A DNA stretch of 64,000 bases from NCBI GenBank assembly GCA_041675205.1, contig JBAYUF010000001.1:148863-212862 (forward strand). The letters are read 5' to 3'. Source of the DNA: Patescibacteria group bacterium. GTDB taxonomy: Bacteria; Patescibacteriota; Patescibacteriia; GWA2-46-9. Under the pieces are notes generated by a model. The model was not told the origin of the DNA and searched no databases. It saw only the letters and a program-made list of their open reading frames with translations. Positions 47,723 to 57,184 of this stretch are shown piece after piece. Numbering within the stretch: position 1 is the first letter of the stretch; each line of letters starts with the position of its first letter. Both the position numbers and the translations under genes were made by a program.

Positions 47723-47989
47723 ATGGAATCATCCAATACTAAAAAACTTGTTCGTCGGCTGAAGATAATTGAAGGTCAAATTCGTGGTCTGCAAACTATG
47801 GTTGCAGATGGCACGTATTGTATTGATGTAATTACGCAAACGTCTGCTGTGAAGCAGGCGTTGTCGAACGTAGAAGATATTTTGCTCGAAAATCATCTTG
47901 GATCTTGTGCCATAAAGCAGGTGCAGTCTGGGCAAGTGGAGAAAGCGAAGCGTGAAATACTTCGAGTTTATAAATTAAAACGACGCTAA
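47723..47989 (+). CDS. csoR: CsoR/RcnR family metal-sensing transcriptional repressor
   Basis: DUF156 fold. Metal ligands in YCIDV ... H ... C (GSCAI) arrangement. First gene of the cop operon. Confidence 0.7.
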   Translation: MESSNTKKLVRRLKIIEGQIRGLQTMVADGTYCIDVITQTSAVKQALSNVEDILLENHLGSCAIKQVQSGQVEKAKREILRVYKLKRR

Positions 47990-47990
47990 T

Positions 47991-50252
47991 ATGCGCTCAG
48001 AAACGCTTCGTGTTGTTGGTATGCATTGCGCATCCTGTGCGTTTAATATTGAAAAGGCCATTAAAAATAAGCCTGGCGTTGGTACCGTCGCGGTTAATTA
48101 CGCTATGGAGTCTGCGGAAATTACTTATGACGAAAAGGCGACAACTATAGCCGACCTGTCTAAAGAAATTGCGCCACTTGGCTATTCGTTTGCGACTCAA
48201 GATGCGGCAATGGAACATCACGCCGGTGCTGATATGAAAGCTGACGAGCTTACGACGCTTCGCCACAAAGTTGTGGTCGCTATTCCGCTTGTGGTCATTA
48301 GTGTTTTTATAATGGTACTGGAATTTTTGGTGTATCCATTTGCGGTTATTCCTGAATTGCCAGTTGCGGCAGAAGAGTTTATGCACCATCTTATGCCAGT
48401 GCTCGCCACGGTGGCTCTCTTTTTGGTTGGTGACCAGTATATAAAAGGCGTATGGGTATTTTTGCGCCACGGTGTTGCCAATATGGATACGCTCGTTGGC
48501 ATAGGCACGATGACGGCTTTTGCATATAGCTTTATTATCGCTGCTTTTGAGCAGCAGCTCGCACCATACATAGACGTGACCCACAGTTATTATGATGTTG
48601 TCGTCGTGGTCATTGGCCTTATTACGCTCGGCAAGTATTTAGAGGCGAACGCCAAGCGTAGAACTGGAGATGCCATTCGCGCCTTGCTCGGACTGCAGGT
48701 CAAGACGGCGCTCGTCGTGCGTGATGGCGTCGAGCAAGAGCTAGCAGTTGACCAAGTAAAACATGGCGACATTATTATGATTAAGCCGGGCATGCGTATA
48801 CCGGTTGACGGTACGGTACTGTCTGGTAGTTCATACGTTGACGAAGCAATGGTGACCGGTGAACCTATGCCAGTAGAGAAGCGTGTTGGTGAAAACGTCG
48901 TGGCGGGAACGGTAAACACAACTGGTAATTTTACATTCACAGCCACAGGCGTTGGTGAGGAAACCTTGCTGGCAAGTATTGTGAAGCTAGTAGCAGCGGC
49001 GCAAGGATCGCGTGCGCCAATTCAGCGTTTGGCAGATGCCATCTCTCAAGTATTTGTACCGACCGTTATTGGAATTTCTTTTGTAACTTTAGGTCTTTGG
49101 CTTACCGTTGGGCCACAGTATTTGCCTTTTGCTACCGCCCTTTCACTTGGCTTGACGTGTTTTGTTGGCGTACTGGTCATTGCCTGTCCTTGCGCCTTGG
49201 GTTTAGCGACACCAACAGCAATTATTGTGGGGGTAGGAAAGGCGGCGCAAGATGGCATTTTAATTAAGAACGCAGAAGTATTGGAACGATTACACAAAGT
49301 AACAACACTCGTCATTGATAAGACTGGCACGCTCACCGAAGGTAAACCTCGCGTGACAAGTGTGATTCCTTTGGGAGGTCATAGTGAGGACGAAGTACTC
49401 TCGTATGCAGCCGCTCTTGAATCGTTGTCTGAGCATCCCATTGCCACAAGCATTGTGGCTGCGGCAGAAGCAAAACACGTAACAAAAGTACTCGTGAGTA
49501 ATTTTGAAAATATGCCGGGTGTTGGTGTGAGGGGTGATATTGCTGGTGAAGTGTATTACATAGGTGGCCCAGCACTACTCACAAAACTCACTCTTCCTGT
49601 GCCAGCGGAACTTACTGTAATTGCTAACCAAGGTGCGACCGCTGTGGTGCTCGTAGCGAAGCAGCAAATTCTGGGTGTCATTGCTGTGGGAGATGAAGTG
49701 AAGGCCGGTGCGAAACAGGCAGTTCAAGAGCTGCAACACCTTGGTGTCAATGTGATTATGGCTACAGGAGATCATGTTATGTCGGCAAAATTTGTGGCGG
49801 CTGCGGTGGGCATTGAGCCAGAAAATATTATTGCTGGATTACTTCCAGCAGATAAACTGACGTTGGTGCGTGAATGGCAAGCGAAAGGTGCGATTGTGGC
49901 GGTTGCTGGAGATGGCGTGAACGACGCGCCGGCGCTTGCGCAGGCGAACGTTGGAATTGCCATGGCAACCGGCACAGATGTTTCTATTGAGGCAAGCGAT
50001 GTAACGTTGCTTCATGGCGACATAACGAAAGTTGCCAAAGCTATTCTGTTATCGCGCCGTACTATGAGAACCATTCGGCAAAATCTTTTCTGGGCATTCG
50101 CGTACAATGTCATTGGTATACCGCTCGCGGCTGGTCTCTTTTATCCAGTGTTTGGGTGGCTGCTTTCACCGGTTTTCGCTGGGTTTGCTATGGCGTTCTC
50201 TAGTGTGTCTGTATTAGGTAACTCCCTACGCTTGAAATTAATACGTTTATAA
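47991..50252 (+). CDS. copA: copper-translocating P1B-type ATPase
   Basis: [21 protein letters not shown] ([11 protein letters not shown]), [17 protein letters not shown]. Confidence 0.9.
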   Translation: MRSETLRVVGMHCASCAFNIEKAIKNKPGVGTVAVNYAMESAEITYDEKATTIADLSKEIAPLGYSFATQDAAMEHHAGADMKADELTTLRHKVVVAIPLVVISVFIMVLEFLVYPFAVIPELPVAAEEFMHHLMPVLATVALFLVGDQYIKGVWVFLRHGVANMDTLVGIGTMTAFAYSFIIAAFEQQLAPYIDVTHSYYDVVVVVIGLITLGKYLEANAKRRTGDAIRALLGLQVKTALVVRDGVEQELAVDQVKHGDIIMIKPGMRIPVDGTVLSGSSYVDEAMVTGEPMPVEKRVGENVVAGTVNTTGNFTFTATGVGEETLLASIVKLVAAAQGSRAPIQRLADAISQVFVPTVIGISFVTLGLWLTVGPQYLPFATALSLGLTCFVGVLVIACPCALGLATPTAIIVGVGKAAQDGILIKNAEVLERLHKVTTLVIDKTGTLTEGKPRVTSVIPLGGHSEDEVLSYAAALESLSEHPIATSIVAAAEAKHVTKVLVSNFENMPGVGVRGDIAGEVYYIGGPALLTKLTLPVPAELTVIANQGATAVVLVAKQQILGVIAVGDEVKAGAKQAVQELQHLGVNVIMATGDHVMSAKFVAAAVGIEPENIIAGLLPADKLTLVREWQAKGAIVAVAGDGVNDAPALAQANVGIAMATGTDVSIEASDVTLLHGDITKVAKAILLSRRTMRTIRQNLFWAFAYNVIGIPLAAGLFYPVFGWLLSPVFAGFAMAFSSVSVLGNSLRLKLIRL

Positions 50253-50255
50253 ACT

Positions 50256-51281
50256 ATGGCATCTACCACAAAAACTTTTTCCGTTCACGGTATGCACTGT
50301 GCGTCGTGCGTTGTAGTTATTAACGATACGCTGAAGGCAATGCCAGGTGTGGCGGCGGTTGATACTAATCTTGCGAAGCAATCAGTTACCGTAACTGGTG
50401 AATTTGAACAAAGCGACAACGAACTTGCCGAGCGTTTTACGGAAGGTGTAAAGCATCACGGCTACACCATAACTGAACTCGGTGTTGTTCCGTTGAAAGC
50501 CGTGCTGTGGCGAGATTTTGCAATTGGCGGGATTATTGCTTTTTTGATAGTTGCGGGATTTCTCGCGCTACAGAAAATGGGCATCGGTAACATTTTAGGC
50601 GGCACTGGAATGAGTTACCTCACCGCATTTCTTGTGGGTATTGTTGCTTCACTATCTACATGCCTTGCTATTGTTGGCGGCTTGGTCCTCACGTTGTCGT
50701 CAACGTATGCGCAGAGCGGGAAGAGTTGGCGACCACATGCTGCATTCCATGTAGGTCGACTTGTGGGCTTCTTTATTTTGGGTGGGCTTATTGGTATTGC
50801 GGGTAGCACGTTTCAAATAGCCACCAGTTGGACTGCGGGCATAAGTATTGCTGTTGGTGTTGTTATGTTCCTACTGGGCCTTAGTCTTCTTGAGATAATG
50901 CCTGCGGCAAGTCGGTTGTTACCGCGTTTACCAAGCACGCTGCACAAGCGACTTTCTACTCAAGGGAGTGGCGGTGCAGCTGCACCATTCTTTATTGGTG
51001 CCGCAACATTTTTCTTACCCTGTGGATTTACGCAGTCAATGCAGCTATATGCGCTTTCAACAGGAAGCTTCATAACCGGTGCGCTTACTATGTTCATATT
51101 TACCCTTGGAACGTTGCCAGTACTCCTGTTACTTTCGTTTGGAGCATTTGAGGTGCGTAATAGGTCTTGGCGCGGTATCTTTTTTAAAGCAGCCGGTCTT
51201 CTGGTAATTATACTGGCGCTCTTTAATGTTTATAATGCACTAGCTGTGTTAGGATTTGTGCAGCCAGTAAACATTTTTTAG
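50256..51281 (+). CDS. HMA-domain (GMHCASC) fused to a polytopic membrane protein
   Basis: N-terminal metal-binding HGMHCASCVVVI. C-terminal about 8 TM helices, TauE/SafE- or CcdA-like. Confidence 0.55.
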   Translation: MASTTKTFSVHGMHCASCVVVINDTLKAMPGVAAVDTNLAKQSVTVTGEFEQSDNELAERFTEGVKHHGYTITELGVVPLKAVLWRDFAIGGIIAFLIVAGFLALQKMGIGNILGGTGMSYLTAFLVGIVASLSTCLAIVGGLVLTLSSTYAQSGKSWRPHAAFHVGRLVGFFILGGLIGIAGSTFQIATSWTAGISIAVGVVMFLLGLSLLEIMPAASRLLPRLPSTLHKRLSTQGSGGAAAPFFIGAATFFLPCGFTQSMQLYALSTGSFITGALTMFIFTLGTLPVLLLLSFGAFEVRNRSWRGIFFKAAGLLVIILALFNVYNALAVLGFVQPVNIF

Positions 51282-51287
51282 GAAAAT

Positions 51288-51689
51288 ATGAGAGGTTTTA
51301 TTCTTGTCTTTGGCGTTGGTATGGGGGCTGCTTTAATAATGGCGGTACTATGGTTTGCTGTGCCGGACAATAACGTAGATGTGGCAACTACTGGAGACGC
51401 CGTGACAGTTCTCGAAGATGGTAGTCAGCGCATTACCATATTGGCCCGGGGAGGTTACTCGCCACGGCAGGTAACAGCAAAGGCTGGTATTCCTACGACG
51501 CTGCGTATGAAGACAAATGGTACGTACGATTGCTCGGCCAGTCTTGTTATACCGTCCTTAGGCTACGAAGCGACGTTACCCTCGACAGGTGAAAAAGATA
51601 TTCAGATTTCGGCCAGTCAAGCTAAAGGAACGTTGGATGGCCTCTGTAGTATGGGCATGTACAGTTTTCGTATAAGCTTTGTTAATTAG
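51288..51689 (+). CDS. membrane-anchored cupredoxin-like domain protein
   Basis: N-terminal TM. ITILARGGYSP...C...C..GM pattern common to small cupredoxin-like proteins in copper operons. Confidence 0.5.
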   Translation: MRGFILVFGVGMGAALIMAVLWFAVPDNNVDVATTGDAVTVLEDGSQRITILARGGYSPRQVTAKAGIPTTLRMKTNGTYDCSASLVIPSLGYEATLPSTGEKDIQISASQAKGTLDGLCSMGMYSFRISFVN

Positions 51690-51776
51690 AGTGTTGAATA
51701 TTTTGGAGGGTCGTGTATGATTGGCTTCATTACCTATCAGAGGGTGATTTTTTAAAAAATGTATTCTCGGTAAAGC

Positions 51777-51848
51777 TCCGGGGTAGCTCAGCGGTAGAGC
51801 AGTGCGCTGTTAACGCATTGGTCGTGGGTTCGAGTCCCACCCCCGGAG
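51777..51848 (+). tRNA. tRNA-Asn (anticodon GTT), CCA not encoded
   Basis: Acceptor TCCGGGG/CCCCGGA. D-arm GCTC-AGCGGTA-GAGC. Anticodon stem GTGCG/CGCAT with loop CTGTTAA. T-arm GTGGG-TTCGAGT-CCCAC. Confidence 0.9.
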
Positions 51849-52202
51849 CTTTGGAGAGAATACGACAAAGAGAAGGGGGAGCGAATGAACTGCTTCATTC
51901 GCGTTGGGGCGAGAAAGCCGGAACGATGTCTGAGGAGTACTGCTGACGACGAAGACCGTGAGGCGGGGTCGCGACCAAGGAGGCGGAAGCCGACGAGAGT
52001 TGTGACCGAGTCCCACCCCCGGAGCTTTGGAGAGAATACGACAAAGAGAAGGGGGAGCGAATGAACTGCTTCATTCGCGTTGGGGCGAGAAGCGCGCAGC
52101 GATGTTCGACGAGGATTGCCGCCGAGGCGAACCGCGAGCGGCGGCCTGCGAACGCTGAGGTGGAAACCGAAGCGATTTGTAGGAGAGTCCCACCCCCGGA
52201 GC
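51831..52202 (+). repeat. three direct copies of the tRNA-Asn 3' end (19-20 nt) bounding two ~175-nt tandem units; the first 86 nt of each unit are identical
   Basis: CGAGTCCCACCCCCGGAGCT at 51831, 52007 and 52183. The 66 nt following (TTGGAGAGAATACGACAAAGAGAAGGGGGAGCGAATGAACTGCTTCATTCGCGTTGGGGCGAGAA) is perfectly repeated at 51851 and 52027. Confidence 0.75.
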
Positions 52203-52251
52203 TATCAAAGGACGTCTGTTACTAGCAGGTGTTTTTTGTTACCCTCTACGC

Positions 52252-52560
52252 ATGGCGCCGTATCAATCGTTTAAAATATTCTTGATTGACACGGTTGGAT
52301 TATCTAAAAATGGCTTTCATTTCCTCTTGGGTATTTTTGTCTATTTGGGGGCAGCAAAGGTCTTTAAGATTAAGCTTTCCTCAGCGAAGTCCTTGATCGC
52401 GCCAGCTGTTTTCGCTTTGCTAATGGAAGTGATGGATTTTCGTGACGCAACAGCATACGGTTCGCATTTAAATTGGGTCGATAGTGCAAATGATAGCTTA
52501 TTAACTATTTCACTGCCGTTAACTATCTGGATATACATAAAGCTGCGTAACAGGTTCTGA
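52252..52560 (+). CDS. small membrane protein (AT-rich islet after tRNA-Asn)
   Basis: 102 aa, three TM helices. Confidence 0.4.
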   Translation: MAPYQSFKIFLIDTVGLSKNGFHFLLGIFVYLGAAKVFKIKLSSAKSLIAPAVFALLMEVMDFRDATAYGSHLNWVDSANDSLLTISLPLTIWIYIKLRNRF

Positions 52561-52595
52561 TATCGTCCGCGATTCGGAGTTTTGGTAAAAATATT

Positions 52596-53018
52596 TTGTG
52601 CCACTACAAATCTACATTAGATATGCCAAACGGTAAGGAAGAAAATTTTTCTGAAGGTCACGAGCCGTCAGTTGCTGATGGTGATATGAATACGGAAAGA
52701 GAAAGAACTGAAGCGAGTTCTTCGGGTGAGTTTTCATTTCGCGACGAGGGTAATGTAGCTGAAATACGAATTGATGACCCGGACCGCCTTTGGCGAGTGT
52801 GCCGATCCATTTGTGCAGTCTTGGGAAATGAAATAGCAGATAATCGGCGAGATTATTTTTTCAATAAAGAAATGGGCGGCGAGTTGCGGCCTGGTGGGGT
52901 ATTCTGTGTAACTTTGACAAGCCCAGGTGTTATTTGGGCCTCCGTTCGAAATAATAAAGGAAATCCCGAATACGTTGCCTTGCTACGAAGAGCTGTTGAG
53001 GAAGCGTGCGCATCATGA
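52596..53018 (+). CDS. hypothetical protein
   Basis: 140-aa ORF. No family recognised. Confidence 0.4.
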   Translation: MCHYKSTLDMPNGKEENFSEGHEPSVADGDMNTERERTEASSSGEFSFRDEGNVAEIRIDDPDRLWRVCRSICAVLGNEIADNRRDYFFNKEMGGELRPGGVFCVTLTSPGVIWASVRNNKGNPEYVALLRRAVEEACAS

Positions 53019-53102
53019 ATCGGAATGTATCAAATGCCCAGCTTTTAATCTCAAGCGCATGCTAGTTATTGCGGCAACGGTAGTAAAAAATGTAGAGCAA
53101 CA

Positions 53103-53537
53103 ATGAAAATAATAATTTCTAAATCGGTTAAAAAAGCATCGGAGACCAAAGTACCTGCTGATCTTCGGAAAGCCCTTGCGGCTACTCCTAAGGTAGGAAG
53201 GCTTTGGGAAAATCTCACACCAATCGCTCGCAGAGACTTTATTAGCTGGATTGTTTCAGCCAAACAGCCAGAGACGCGGCAGCGCCGAATCGAGCGAGTT
53301 CCAGACATGCTTATGTCCGGGAAGCGTCGCCCTTGCTGCTATGCGCTTGTGCCAATGGATTTATATAGGGTTGTTGGGGCGAGTGCAAAGGCGAAGGCTA
53401 AGTGGCACGAGCTTACTTCGAATCAACGTAGAGATTTTATTGATTGGGTAGAATCAGCAAAGGAGTCGGAGACGCACAAGAAAAGAATTCAGAAAATTTG
53501 CAGTACGTTGGCAGCTGGAAAGACATTAAAAATTTAG
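53103..53537 (+). CDS. YdeI/OmpD-associated (DUF1801-like) protein, internally duplicated
   Basis: Two copies of the LTPIARRDFISWI..AKQPETRQRRIE / LTSNQRRDFIDWV..AKESETHKKRIQ module. Confidence 0.6.
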   Translation: MKIIISKSVKKASETKVPADLRKALAATPKVGRLWENLTPIARRDFISWIVSAKQPETRQRRIERVPDMLMSGKRRPCCYALVPMDLYRVVGASAKAKAKWHELTSNQRRDFIDWVESAKESETHKKRIQKICSTLAAGKTLKI

Positions 53538-53587
53538 AAGGTAAAATTGTTAAAGTGTTGAGCGTATAAAAAGATTTTAAAATTGAC

Positions 53588-53622
53588 GAGGGGCGGGAAG
53601 ATGCGATGATCTTCCCGCCCCG
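53588..53622. terminator. bidirectional terminator
   Basis: GGGGCGGGAAGAT-gcgatg-ATCTTCCCGCCCC, a perfect 13-bp stem between convergent genes. Confidence 0.65.
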
Positions 53623-53645
53623 TCGAACTTGCCCCCCGGGGTCTC

Positions 53646-54758
53646 CTACTTTGGGGGGTAGGTCTTCAGGAACGTGGTCCTGAAGGTTTCGAAAACATCT
53701 TTGCCTCTCCGCCGCCACCAAAGGCGGGCGTAGGCGTCGTCTCGGTTCATGCCAGCCCGCTTCTGGAACAGTTCGTCGGCCTCCTCCACTACCAGCCGGA
53801 ACTCATTGATCTCGAGAAGGGTGGGGTCGGTGGCGGCGACCTCATCCCACGTGAGGTTTGTGAGGTATCGCCCCACGACCTCGTTCGAGATTTGCATCTC
53901 CTTTGCCATCCGCACGAGGATGGCGGCGGCCTGTTCTCGCAGCAGTAGCCGGATTGGATTCGGACTCGTGACGTAGAACTCCCATGCCCAGTGCATGGGC
54001 CACGATACGTGGTGCAGTGCCAACTTCCATTGCTCCTCCGGCAGGTCCTCTTCCTCCGATACAGCGGTCAGAGACGATTGCAGCCTCTGAAGCTGTTCGG
54101 TCAGGCCGCTCTGGTCGAGCGCCGCTCTGATACCTGTGTTCAAGTCGTCGCCTGCCGCCTTGACGGTGTCCAGCGGTCGTGGGACCGCGAAGAACCGTTT
54201 CTCGATGTCGTCGACGTTCACCGTCCAGGCCATTTTCCCGTCGACAATTTGTCCGTACGAGAGAAAAACGACTTTGTTCTCCTCGTAGCGGTCGCTGACG
54301 AGGATGGGCGTGTTTCTCGGTAGGGGTCTCGGGACCCAGTTGATCTTGACGAGGGGGTTTCCGGGGTCCTTCCATCCAACCTCGTAGTCAAACCCTTCGC
54401 AGTTGGACACAAGGCCACTGCTGTCCAGGTCGATGAGCGAGAAGGTGTCGGCGGATGAAACCACCTTCCAGCATTCACTCCCGACGATGTTTCTCCCCCT
54501 GACGACGTTCCAGATGCGGAGCACCTGGCTGGCCACCGAAAGCCGGTAGAGGCCGTCGGTCATCTCAGGTTGGTTCTCCGTGTTGCACTCGATCTCGGCA
54601 CCCGTCACCTTGCAGAGATCGAAGTTGTTTTTGCCCTGGATCTCCACCGCCGGCTGGTAGAACGGCTCGACCATCTGCGCAGGCGATGCCGTTGCCGTGA
54701 ACGTGAATACGACGACGAGCGCAGCCAGCAGCCGCGCCAATGAAAACAAACTGGCCAT
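53646..54758 (-). CDS. secreted hypothetical protein (GC-rich)
   Basis: GGGAGGA-N6-ATG on the minus strand. Signal peptide MASLFSLARLLAALVVVFTFTATASPA. 370 aa. Confidence 0.6.
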   Translation of the reverse strand: MASLFSLARLLAALVVVFTFTATASPAQMVEPFYQPAVEIQGKNNFDLCKVTGAEIECNTENQPEMTDGLYRLSVASQVLRIWNVVRGRNIVGSECWKVVSSADTFSLIDLDSSGLVSNCEGFDYEVGWKDPGNPLVKINWVPRPLPRNTPILVSDRYEENKVVFLSYGQIVDGKMAWTVNVDDIEKRFFAVPRPLDTVKAAGDDLNTGIRAALDQSGLTEQLQRLQSSLTAVSEEEDLPEEQWKLALHHVSWPMHWAWEFYVTSPNPIRLLLREQAAAILVRMAKEMQISNEVVGRYLTNLTWDEVAATDPTLLEINEFRLVVEEADELFQKRAGMNRDDAYARLWWRRRGKDVFETFRTTFLKTYPPK

Positions 54759-55059
54759 GGTATTTCCTCCCTGGCTTTTCTTTGGAAAGAGCAGTGAATG
54801 TTCGTCCTTGCTCCCTCCTGTTAATCGGTACAGAACGAACCCAATTTTTTACACTAATTTTATTCATTTGTCAATGGTATATGAATAAAATTCTTCCTTT
54901 TTAAATTTATTGACGTTCGATAGTTTTTAGAACAAGATGAGGTGCTCTTTGACAATGTAAGAGTTGGGTATTCTGGGTAGCTTTTTGCCGCTTAGGGTAT
55001 CCAGCTCTTGCAAAAAGAGATGGAAATACGAACTGCAGAGAACCAGAAGGAGATTTGAG

Positions 55060-56028
55060 ATGGAATCCATTTTGATTTTTGGACCCAACGTGGCAGAAAC
55101 CCTGGTGGAGGATATCACCACAGAGCTTCGTCGGCGATACGGCCACGACGTGGTGTCGGTGCCGGTTACGTGGAGAGCGTTCACAGACGGTGAATCAACA
55201 CTGCGACTAGATGGCAATGTTCGTGGGCGAGATACGTACGTCATCCAGTCAACGAATGCTCCTGGTAACTTGATGGCGATGAAGTTGCTCCTTCAGGCAG
55301 CCAACCTTGCTTCGGCAGGACGGTTGACTGCAGTCATTCCGTACTTTGGGTACGGACGACAAGACCGTAAGGATCAGCCACGTACGCCGATTACGGCAAA
55401 GCTTGTGGCTCGTGAGATCGAAGCCGCAATGGGTGTTTCGCAACCACGACACGTGGTTCTCGTTCATCCTCACTTTTCGCAGTTGCAAGGTTTTTTCGAT
55501 ATTCCTTCAGACGTGCTTTTCCCGACGGAGGAGTTCGTTGGTGTGATCTCAAAGCTCGACACTGGTGGTAAGCCGTTGGTGTTCGTCGCGGCTGACATTG
55601 GTGGCGTCAAGCAGGCAGACGTGTTCGCTAAACGGCTTAAAACTCCAATGGCTATCGTTCACAAACGCCGCGACCCAACAACTGGCGAACTTGGTGAGGC
55701 AACGGTTATCGGTGATGTTCGTGGATATGCCTGCATCGTCGTTGACGATATGTTCGACACGTGCGGGACTCTGCGTCATGCGGCGGTCGCATTGTGCGAA
55801 GCTGGAGCAGCGTCGGTGTATGCTTGTGCGACGCACGGTATATTCTCCGGCCCTGCCGTCGAGAGAATTGCTGCTGCGCCTGTGCAGCAGATTATCGTCA
55901 CCGATACGTTGCCGCAAGTAGATGGTGGTTTTTCTGGTCGTGTTCGAACAATCGGTTGCGGAAAGCTCATTGCGACGGCAATTTGGTGCGATAACACTGA
56001 CAACAGTTTGTCGAGCCTAACCGTTTAG
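55060..56028 (+). CDS. prs: ribose-phosphate pyrophosphokinase (PRPP synthetase)
   Basis: AAGGAG-N7-ATG. PRPP-binding VVDDMFDTCGT, IPYFGYGRQDRK, FVAADIGGVK. Confidence 0.85.
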   Translation: MESILIFGPNVAETLVEDITTELRRRYGHDVVSVPVTWRAFTDGESTLRLDGNVRGRDTYVIQSTNAPGNLMAMKLLLQAANLASAGRLTAVIPYFGYGRQDRKDQPRTPITAKLVAREIEAAMGVSQPRHVVLVHPHFSQLQGFFDIPSDVLFPTEEFVGVISKLDTGGKPLVFVAADIGGVKQADVFAKRLKTPMAIVHKRRDPTTGELGEATVIGDVRGYACIVVDDMFDTCGTLRHAAVALCEAGAASVYACATHGIFSGPAVERIAAAPVQQIIVTDTLPQVDGGFSGRVRTIGCGKLIATAIWCDNTDNSLSSLTV

Positions 56029-56073
56029 CAAGGAATTGTTGAGTTACGCCAACACAGAGAAGGAGGAACTGGA

Positions 56074-56271
56074 ATGGTCAAAGGAAGGCCGCAAGTGGCG
56101 ATCCGTCGCTCTCTCAAGCGTTTGGCTGCGAACGCAATCGGCTGCACTGTCGCGTCGCTCGGGTGGCGCGATGCCCAACTCGTCGATGTCGCTACGGGGG
56201 TGCCGATTCCCGGCATTCCTAGGGTACCGAAGTATCCTGCGCCGACGAGTGCATCGAAACGTCGGCAGTAG
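56074..56271 (+). CDS. small hypothetical protein (65 aa)
   Basis: AAGGAGGA-N6-ATG upstream and a perfect terminator hairpin downstream. No homology recognised. Confidence 0.35.
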   Translation: MVKGRPQVAIRRSLKRLAANAIGCTVASLGWRDAQLVDVATGVPIPGIPRVPKYPAPTSASKRRQ

Positions 56272-56330
56272 TCGACTATAACCCAGGGCACATCTGGGAA
56301 CAACGAGGGGAAGAACTATAAGGAAATCAA

Positions 56331-56362
56331 AAAGAGGGAACATGTGCCGTTCCCTCTTTTAT
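56331..56362. terminator. bidirectional terminator
   Basis: AAAAGAGGGAAC-atgtgcc-GTTCCCTCTTTT, a perfect 12-bp stem with A/T tracts on both sides. Confidence 0.65.
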
Positions 56363-56469
56363 AGTGATTGAAAACGTAGAAGGTGAATTACTGTTTGCAA
56401 GTAGTACCACCGAGCTCAGAGCGGACGAGTTAATGGAGAAAGCGTACCTGAGTTGAGGTTCTTGGTGCG

Positions 56470-57144
56470 TTAGCGTGGTTCGGTAAACAAGACGCGTTTA
56501 GGGCCAGCAGTATACTCTTTGTTTGCAAGGTAATCGTGCAAAGCTGAAAGGAGAACATCGTATGCATAGCGGTAGTTTTTACCTGCTTCAGTACCTGGGT
56601 CGTTGGTAATAAATTCGTTGGTTGCGTCGTCGTAACCAGTGATGACAATAACATGATAGTCTGGGCCGCTACCGGTATAGTTTGGGTTGTTAAGCAGCGG
56701 GGCATAAACGGGAGCAATAATTGGGTGATTACTCGTTAGCTCAGTTTTGATGTCCTCTAGACTGGGGTCGTTCACTACACGCGCTTTCCAAATAAGGTCA
56801 CCGCTATTAATAATTTCTGCGATGCGCTCAAGTGATTCGTCTTTTGATGCGGGGGCAGTGTCTTTTTTCAATTGAAAGACAGCAAGTATTTGTTGGCGTG
56901 CTTTTTCAACCGTCAGCCCCTCGTCTTTGTAAAAGTTTTGAATCATGACAATCGAAGCTTCCTCACAAGCATTTTGCCATGGCTCTTGCCATTTGCCTTC
57001 TGGTGCTTGACTCGTGAACGGTACGTCGATCTCTTTGGCGACTGGTGAAAAATTTTGAAACCTTACTATTGCTGCTACGGCGAGCAGCGCACATAGGGCA
57101 ATGAAGCCAAATAGTCCGGTAACCACTTTTTTAGAAAAATGCAT
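56470..57144 (-). CDS. secreted/membrane-anchored papain-like cysteine peptidase (C39-like family)
   Basis: FTSQAPEGKWQEPWQNACEEAS (Cys) and PDYHVIVITGYDD (His, Asp) arrangement typical of the Peptidase_C39_2 group. Confidence 0.55.
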   Translation of the reverse strand: MHFSKKVVTGLFGFIALCALLAVAAIVRFQNFSPVAKEIDVPFTSQAPEGKWQEPWQNACEEASIVMIQNFYKDEGLTVEKARQQILAVFQLKKDTAPASKDESLERIAEIINSGDLIWKARVVNDPSLEDIKTELTSNHPIIAPVYAPLLNNPNYTGSGPDYHVIVITGYDDATNEFITNDPGTEAGKNYRYAYDVLLSALHDYLANKEYTAGPKRVLFTEPR

Positions 57145-57184
57145 GCTGTAAGTCTAGCATTGATTGTTCTGTTATACTTTATAT

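Noticed and set aside
48000-50000. Numerous 60-195-aa ORFs antisense to copA (e.g. 47997-48584, 48590-48946)
   Set aside because: They are fully contained in the well-supported copA reading frame on the opposite strand. They have no RBS and look like typical shadow ORFs.
51831-52202. Possible CRISPR array
   Set aside because: There are only three repeat copies. The repeat is the tRNA 3' end. The spacers (~155 nt) are far too long and partly identical to each other. No cas genes are present.
51713-52274. Three short ORFs (51713-51946 +, 51810-52016 -, 52080-52274 +)
   Set aside because: They lie across tRNA-Asn and the att-like direct repeats. The region is better explained as tRNA plus repeat scars.
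54868-54900. 8-bp inverted repeat TTATTCAT-N13-ATGAATAA upstream of prs
   Set aside because: It is AT-rich, so it could arise by chance in a promoter region, and no second copy was found elsewhere in the window. Noted but not called as an operator.
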